Notes under the pieces: generated by a model
Database searches by the model: none
The model's input: the letters and a program-made list of their open reading frames with translations, nothing else
Told to the model about the DNA's origin: nothing
Made by a program: the position numbers and the translations under genes
In this document: positions 6,901 to 11,797 of the stretch, in pieces
Layout: every line of letters starts with the position of its first letter
Position numbering within the stretch: position 1 is the stretch's first letter
NCBI GenBank assembly: GCA_048882325.1
Contig: JBHLRS010000067.1
Location: 1 to 11,797, forward strand
Direction of reading: 5' to 3'
Source of the DNA: Candidatus Thorarchaeota archaeon
GTDB lineage: Archaea > Asgardarchaeota > Thorarchaeia > Thorarchaeales > Thorarchaeaceae
DNA: 11,797 nt

Positions 6901-6999
6901 GGGAAAACCCTCTCTGTATCTTGTGCTGTGCGCCTCCTTCTTAGTCTTAAATCACACGGCTCCGACATTTTCTTAACCCAGAAGATTGACAGCAGCACT

Positions 7000-7536
7000 A
7001 TGAAACGACAATTGAACCCCGGAACCGCTGTGGTTCCTTGCCCCGTTGTACTTCTCAGTGTAGCAGGAGAAGTAAAACCCAACATCATTACCTTGTCTTG
7101 GGTCGCTAATGTATGTAGCAAACCCCCCACAGTCGTTGTAGGAATTAGGTCTGAACGACACAGCTATGGTCTCGTCAAGAAGGCTGGAGAGTTTGTTCTG
7201 AACATTCCTTCATTAGAACAGTTTGCAGGAACGGAGTTTGCAGGTACAAAATCTGGTCGTGACCACGACAAGTTTGCAGAGTGTGGGTTTACTCCGGAAC
7301 CTGCAACAAAAGTCAGTGCTCCAATGATTAAGGAGTGCCCAATAAACATCGAATGTAAGACCAATCAGGTCATCCCCTTGGGCACACATGATCTCTTTGT
7401 GGCAGAAGTTGTCGCGGTGCATATCGATGAGTCAACACTCACTGAGAAGGGACGTTTTGATGCTTCGAAGACATCGTTGTTCACATACCTATCACTGAAT
7501 GGACAGTACTGGACTCTAGGAAGACAATACCCCTAG
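7000..7536 (+). CDS. Flavin reductase family protein (flavoredoxin-like, FMN-binding split barrel)
   Basis: PCPVVLLS, PNIITLSW, GEFVLNIP, GTKSGRDHDKF, APMIKECPINIEC and LGTHDLFVAEV motifs. The start is more likely ATG 7000 than 6928. Confidence 0.92.
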   Translation: MKRQLNPGTAVVPCPVVLLSVAGEVKPNIITLSWVANVCSKPPTVVVGIRSERHSYGLVKKAGEFVLNIPSLEQFAGTEFAGTKSGRDHDKFAECGFTPEPATKVSAPMIKECPINIECKTNQVIPLGTHDLFVAEVVAVHIDESTLTEKGRFDASKTSLFTYLSLNGQYWTLGRQYP

Positions 7537-7554
7537 AATCATTATAGACATCCA

Positions 7555-7977
7555 CTAATGGATTGGAATCTCAACAGGCTCTTCATCCTCGTGTTGACTG
7601 GGAGGTTTGATCCGTTTCACAGAGTAATAGGGATCGGCTTCCGTGATAATCCATGCACCTGAAGGTACATGAGACTCTTTCAAGAAGATGTCAAAGGTTA
7701 TTCCAGGAAACTCTACTACTATAGGATTATGACCAAGTAGGACGAAGAGACCAGTGGCTTCCTGGGCCATCTGTAATGAGTCGAGTCTAGCTAGCACTGG
7801 AACCCAATCCTCTCCATCCCACTTCAGAAATGGCCAGGACTTTCTAGGGGGCCACTCCCCCTCGCTAACGAGTATGTATTCATGATCGAGGCGTTTGTAA
7901 ATAGTGGGGAAGTGGCCACATTTGGCAAGGAATGCGCCAGCGTCTTTTGCATCATCAAGGGTTGAGAAAATCTCCAA
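7555..7977 (-). CDS. Hypothetical protein made of two approximately 61-aa repeats
   Basis: 140-aa ORF with TTG start preceded by GGGTGA; ungapped internal duplication LxxAxxA-x7-GHxP...P-x3-W. Confidence 0.7.
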   Translation of the reverse strand: MEIFSTLDDAKDAGAFLAKCGHFPTIYKRLDHEYILVSEGEWPPRKSWPFLKWDGEDWVPVLARLDSLQMAQEATGLFVLLGHNPIVVEFPGITFDIFLKESHVPSGAWIITEADPYYSVKRIKPPSQHEDEEPVEIPIH

Positions 7978-8177
7978 AGTTTGTCACCCATCAAATTTCT
8001 TCTTTCTACTACTATATGAGGGGCAACACCTGAGAGTACACACTGTATCTGCAGAGCTTGGTTCTAGTGAACGATATGACGAATCGACATCAATCTACCA
8101 TTGAAGATTCTCATTATTTTGACGAGTATATATTGGGCTAGACTGACAGATATTTTTCCTACTTGTGCATTCTACAA

Positions 8178-9395
8178 CTACTTTGAGCCCTTGGCACTTA
8201 CGATTTTGATGACATCGCGGTCTTTCAGTTCGTGTTTGTCACTGATTCTCATCTTGGTACGGGCATCTATCCCATGAATGAAGGACTCCATCAGGTCCGT
8301 GTGAATGTGACCTGCGAACTCTTTTGCTGTAGTTCCCTCAGGAACAAGATACACGTCAGGAAGCACGTTTCCATCACTGTCGGTGAGAGCGTTCGCATCA
8401 TGAACTGGATACACTGTTATCATATGCAGATAGTCGAATACAGCACGGTTCAGCAGGTTTTGTACTCCAGATCCCCCGTATTTCTTCAGGATGTGTTCTC
8501 TGATTTTCTCTAACTGGACCAACTCGGACTCTTTCAAACTCCCGGAGTCTAGTATCTCAAAGTCATCATCGCCAGGTATGTATTTGATCACACCCTTCTT
8601 TTCCAAGTCCTTCAGCACTTTCTCAGTAAGAGCACTTACAGGAACTACTAAGTAATCTGGAAACTCCTCCTGCAGCCGTCTGTAGTTGTTCTCAGCAGTC
8701 GGTCGGTCAATCTTGTTTGCTGCAATGATGATGGGCTTTGAGATTTTTCGGAGTGTCTTCACGAACTCTCTTGTTTCCTCGTCAGTCCACTTGTCCACTG
8801 TTTCCGACTTCAAGTTTGTTTCCCTGAGTGTCTTTAAGATGTGAACTCTTGTGATTTTCAGACCTGAGAGTTTCTCGAGAAGCAACTCATCAAGCTTTGC
8901 CCCCTCAGACCTGACACGACCGGTGATTCGCCGCCAGTCCTTCTGAATGATACCAAGCATCCATTCCACCAACTCCTCCTCAAGAAACCTTACATCATCG
9001 GCTGGGTCATGAGTCCCCGCATCGACTTCCTGGCCCTCAGAATCAAGTCCACCGCTAGCATCCACGATATGAATGAGTACATCTGCCTGTCTGAGATCAT
9101 CAAGGAATTGATTTCCCATTCCTCGACCTTCATGGGCGCCTGGCACAAGTCCTGCGACATCTATTAGTTTGATTGGGATAAGTCTGACGCGGTCAATACA
9201 TAGTGAGTTCTGAGGGTTGTCTTCCACATCAAAATCTGCACATGCACACCTTGTGCGGACATGGGTCACACCAACATTCGCCTCTATTGTCGTGAATGGG
9301 TAACTTCCTACCTTGAACTCAGTCATGCACGCTGCGTTTGTGAATGAAGTCTTCCCACACGATGGTTTGCCTACAATACCGACATTGAATCCCAT
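8178..9395 (-). CDS. ychF: Archaeal Obg-family translation-associated GTPase (YchF/Ygr210-like) with C-terminal TGS domain
   Basis: [54 protein letters not shown] and DRDVIKIV motifs. The start is probably ATG 9395 (GGAGAG upstream) rather than 9416. Confidence 0.92.
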   Translation of the reverse strand: MGFNVGIVGKPSCGKTSFTNAACMTEFKVGSYPFTTIEANVGVTHVRTRCACADFDVEDNPQNSLCIDRVRLIPIKLIDVAGLVPGAHEGRGMGNQFLDDLRQADVLIHIVDASGGLDSEGQEVDAGTHDPADDVRFLEEELVEWMLGIIQKDWRRITGRVRSEGAKLDELLLEKLSGLKITRVHILKTLRETNLKSETVDKWTDEETREFVKTLRKISKPIIIAANKIDRPTAENNYRRLQEEFPDYLVVPVSALTEKVLKDLEKKGVIKYIPGDDDFEILDSGSLKESELVQLEKIREHILKKYGGSGVQNLLNRAVFDYLHMITVYPVHDANALTDSDGNVLPDVYLVPEGTTAKEFAGHIHTDLMESFIHGIDARTKMRISDKHELKDRDVIKIVSAKGSK

Positions 9396-9472
9396 GACAA
9401 CTCTCTCCAATAGCACCCATTCTATTCCCTAACCAAGAGATAAACGCTTCACTCTTTGACCTGTGTCTATCT

Positions 9473-9490
9473 TTGAAATGCGCATTTGAA
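9473..9490. promoter_or_regulatory. Palindromic putative operator between the divergent ychF-like and DUF134 genes
   Basis: Perfect 12-bp palindrome AAATGCGCATTT at 9476-9487, extended as TTg...gAA. Confidence 0.45.
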
Positions 9491-9556
9491 CAGTAATTGC
9501 GAGGGTCACAAACGGTAATAAGAAACCTCCACACTATCTATATGGGGATTGAAGAA

Positions 9557-9868
9557 ATGCACAGGCGAAGAAGAGGTGGCCGTGGTAGGTTTCCTATTCA
9601 GCCCAAAATTGGACGCAAGCCTAGAGCAGAAAAGATGACCCCCGAACCTTCAGGCGCTGATGCACCTATTCACATCGATCTGGCAGAGGCTGAGGTGCTT
9701 CGTCTCGTCGACCTGGAGGGATTGTATCAAGAACAAGCTGGTCGTGCGATGGGAGTTTCGCGCGGCACAATATGGCGTTTACTGGCAAGCGCACGAGAGA
9801 AGGTTACACGGTCAATCTATGAGGGAAGACCACTAGTGGTAGGTTTTCCAATGGAAGAGGACACATGA
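9557..9868 (+). CDS. DUF134 (UPF0251) predicted DNA-binding protein
   Basis: EAEVLRLVDLEGLYQEQAGRAMGVSRGTIWRLLASAREKV is the typical DUF134 HTH. The start is ATG 9557 or 9542. Confidence 0.92.
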   Translation: MHRRRRGGRGRFPIQPKIGRKPRAEKMTPEPSGADAPIHIDLAEAEVLRLVDLEGLYQEQAGRAMGVSRGTIWRLLASAREKVTRSIYEGRPLVVGFPMEEDT

Positions 9869-10099
9869 CAGGTGACTCGACGCTGAGTTTACAATCGGCC
9901 AGAGCACCGAAAGTGGCCATTTGTTAAGTAGTATTTTTCTTACACTTACTTCCCTTCATTTCCACTGTACCAACTTCCAGTCCTGGGTATTACTAACAGT
10001 TTAGAGTGTCCTGAAACTCTATCAGAATGAGCTCTTACCGCCCTTGTATTACGCGGTCCTTCCTTATATAGAGAACATGGAATCATACACCCGGAGAGG

Positions 10100-10519
10100 A
10101 TGACTATTCAGATGGACCTGTCAAGCCAGATTGAACCTGTCGGTAGCTATGTTATCAGACGTCCTGGTATCCCCCGATGGTGGGATCCCGTGGCTCGACC
10201 CCATGTCGCTGTGATCATGAAGAACCCAGTGAACGGTGGGCACATCAGGTACTTCCTATCGCGATGTGGTGAGAAGGACAACAATGGACGTATATCCCTA
10301 GATGTGGGTGACATCGATAGTCTTCCAGAAGGAACTCTCCTTGAAGTGAGATACAGTGCTACCAAGGCCAACCTGTACCAGCTTGAGAGGGTTGGTGCTG
10401 TAGCCTGCTGGAGATGGATAAATCGAAGTCAAGGTCTCCAGGGATTTGAAACCGAGTCACCAAACTGGAACTACACAGTAGACAGCTCAATTGAACCTGG
10501 TGGGTATGGATTGGCATAG
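10100..10519 (+). CDS. Hypothetical protein
   Basis: 139-aa ORF with TTATATA at 10064-10070 and GGAGAGG at 10093-10099; start at ATG 10100 or 10112; no family securely recognised. Confidence 0.65.
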   Translation: MTIQMDLSSQIEPVGSYVIRRPGIPRWWDPVARPHVAVIMKNPVNGGHIRYFLSRCGEKDNNGRISLDVGDIDSLPEGTLLEVRYSATKANLYQLERVGAVACWRWINRSQGLQGFETESPNWNYTVDSSIEPGGYGLA

Positions 10520-10521
10520 AT

Positions 10522-10536
10522 ACGATTTGTAATCGT
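10522..10536 (+). terminator. Small hairpin directly after the stop codon, possible terminator
   Basis: ACGATT-tgt-AATCGT inverted repeat; pyrimidine/T tracts follow at 10561-10588. Confidence 0.3.
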
Positions 10537-10548
10537 CGTCGGAATTAT

Positions 10549-10588
10549 TAACTATAGTTACTTTCCTTTTGGTAACTACTTTCCTTTT
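10549..10588. promoter_or_regulatory. Nested repeat cluster upstream of fprA (putative operator)
   Basis: Palindrome TAACTATAGTTA at 10549-10560; inverted repeat TAGTTAC-N10-GTAACTA at 10555-10578; direct repeat TACTTTCCTTTT at 10559 and 10577. Confidence 0.55.
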
Positions 10589-10625
10589 AACAACAGAATA
10601 CATACCTATTCTTGAGGCATACAGA

Positions 10626-11797
10626 ATGGAACCATTTGAAATAATGAAGGGAGTATTTTGGGTTGGTGCATTAGACTACAACATCAGAAACTTTCATGGT
10701 TATAGTTACACAACACATCATGGCACAACATACAATGCATACCTGATAGTTGGAGAGAAGGTTGCATTAGTCGATTCAGTGATGAGTCAGTTTACAGAAG
10801 AAATGCTCTCTCGAATCTCAGAAGTGATAGATCCAACAAAAATAGACTATATGATCTCAAACCATACTGAGATGGACCACTCAGGAGCAACTCCTGAGAT
10901 ACTGAAGAGAGTCCCTGACGCAAAACTGGTCTGCACCTCGAAGGCCGTTGACCAGTTGAAGAAACATTATGATGACGGTTGGAACATTCATACTGTCAAG
11001 ACTGGTGATGAGATTGACCTAGGGGGAAAGACTCTCAGGTTCTACGAGGCTCCGATGCTTCACTGGCCTGAGTCCATGTTCTCATACTACGTTGAGGAGC
11101 AACTCTTGCTGCCAAACGATGCTTTTGGTCAGCACTATGCCACAGCACAACGTTTCGCAGATGAGGTGGACCCGCATGTCCTCTGGCGAGAGGCTGAGAA
11201 GTACTATGCGAACATCCTTTGGCCATTGAGTAGGATGGTTCAAAGGAAGATCGAAGAAGTCGTCGAGCTGGGTTTGCCGATCAAGATGATTGCCCCTTCT
11301 CATGGTCTGATCTGGAGAAAGGACCCACTCCAAATAGTCACTAGATATCTCGGGTGGGCAAAAGGTGAGAGGTTCCAGGACAAAGTGATCATCACCTGGG
11401 ACACCATGTGGGAAAGCACAACAAAACTCGCTCGTGCCATGGCTGAAGGTGTTCAGAGTGAGGGTCTTGAACCAAAAATGAAGCTGATTCCTCATTGTGA
11501 CCGTTATGACATCATGGCTGATTTGTTGGAGGCAAGAGGAGTCCTCGTCGGGAGTTCTACCATGCACAACGATGTTCTACCCAATGTCGCCTCAGTTCTT
11601 TCTGACATTGAACTTTTGAAGCCTGTTGGCAAGAAATGCGCAGCCTTTGGGTCATATGGCTGGGGTGGAGGTGCCGTGAAGAGGATCCAAGAGTCAATGG
11701 AGAAGGGAAAGATGGACATTGTCATGGAGCCTTTCACGGTCAAGTGGGTTCCAGACGAATCTGAACTGCAGCAGGCCTTCAACTTCGGGAAGGAGTT
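10626..11797 (+). CDS. fprA: Flavodiiron protein (FprA family A-type flavoprotein), 3' end beyond the window
   Basis: Hand translation from ATG 10626: WVGALD, GTTYNAYLI, SNHTEMDHSG, LHWPESM, PNDAFGQH, IAPSHG, DTMWEST, AFGSYGWGGGA. About 390 codons to the window edge. Confidence 0.95.
   Translation, partial: MEPFEIMKGVFWVGALDYNIRNFHGYSYTTHHGTTYNAYLIVGEKVALVDSVMSQFTEEMLSRISEVIDPTKIDYMISNHTEMDHSGATPEILKRVPDAKLVCTSKAVDQLKKHYDDGWNIHTVKTGDEIDLGGKTLRFYEAPMLHWPESMFSYYVEEQLLLPNDAFGQHYATAQRFADEVDPHVLWREAEKYYANILWPLSRMVQRKIEEVVELGLPIKMIAPSHGLIWRKDPLQIVTRYLGWAKGERFQDKVIITWDTMWESTTKLARAMAEGVQSEGLEPKMKLIPHCDRYDIMADLLEARGVLVGSSTMHNDVLPNVASVLSDIELLKPVGKKCAAFGSYGWGGGAVKRIQESMEKGKMDIVMEPFTVKWVPDESELQQAFNFGKE

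Noticed and set aside
7904-8104. 66-aa plus-strand ORF in the spacer before the ychF-like gene end
   Set aside because: It overlaps the start of the minus-strand gene, has no RBS or motif, and has no supporting evidence.
9866-9920. Selenocysteine readthrough of the DUF134 TGA with a downstream SECIS
   Set aside because: The domain is already complete, another in-frame TGA follows five codons later, and the hairpins do not show a convincing SECIS core.
10559-10588. CRISPR-like direct repeats
   Set aside because: There are only two 12-bp copies separated by 6 nt and no cas genes.
11035-11782. Three minus-strand ORFs (63, 161 and 92 aa)
   Set aside because: All are antisense shadows of the clearly recognisable fprA gene.

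Overview
Archaeal chromosomal segment, most likely Asgard and plausibly Thorarchaeia. This is inferred from a Rab-like small GTPase next to a CxxC/His-winged-helix protein and a V4R-fold protein, together with archaeal information genes; it is not a database result. Order: (+) Rab-like GTPase, putative Zn-binding/winged-helix protein, V4R/Bet3-like protein; (+) HD phosphohydrolase; (+) Lrp/AsnC regulator and JAMM/MPN+ metalloprotease; (-) rpl15e, COG1325-type RNA-binding protein, RNase P Rpp30 and Pop5; (-) short SerA-like dehydrogenase, divergent from (+) a flavin reductase; (-) an internally duplicated hypothetical; (-) an archaeal Obg/YchF-Ygr210-type GTPase; (+) DUF134; (+) an orphan ORF; (+) a flavodiiron protein FprA that runs off the window and is missing from the ORF track. 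The two most interesting items are the GTPase/Zn-wHTH/V4R three-gene module (a candidate proto-Rab/TRAPP-like signalling or membrane system) and a structured rpl15e leader with mutually exclusive pairings that could hide the ribosome-binding site. No rRNA, tRNA, CRISPR array or transposase was seen.
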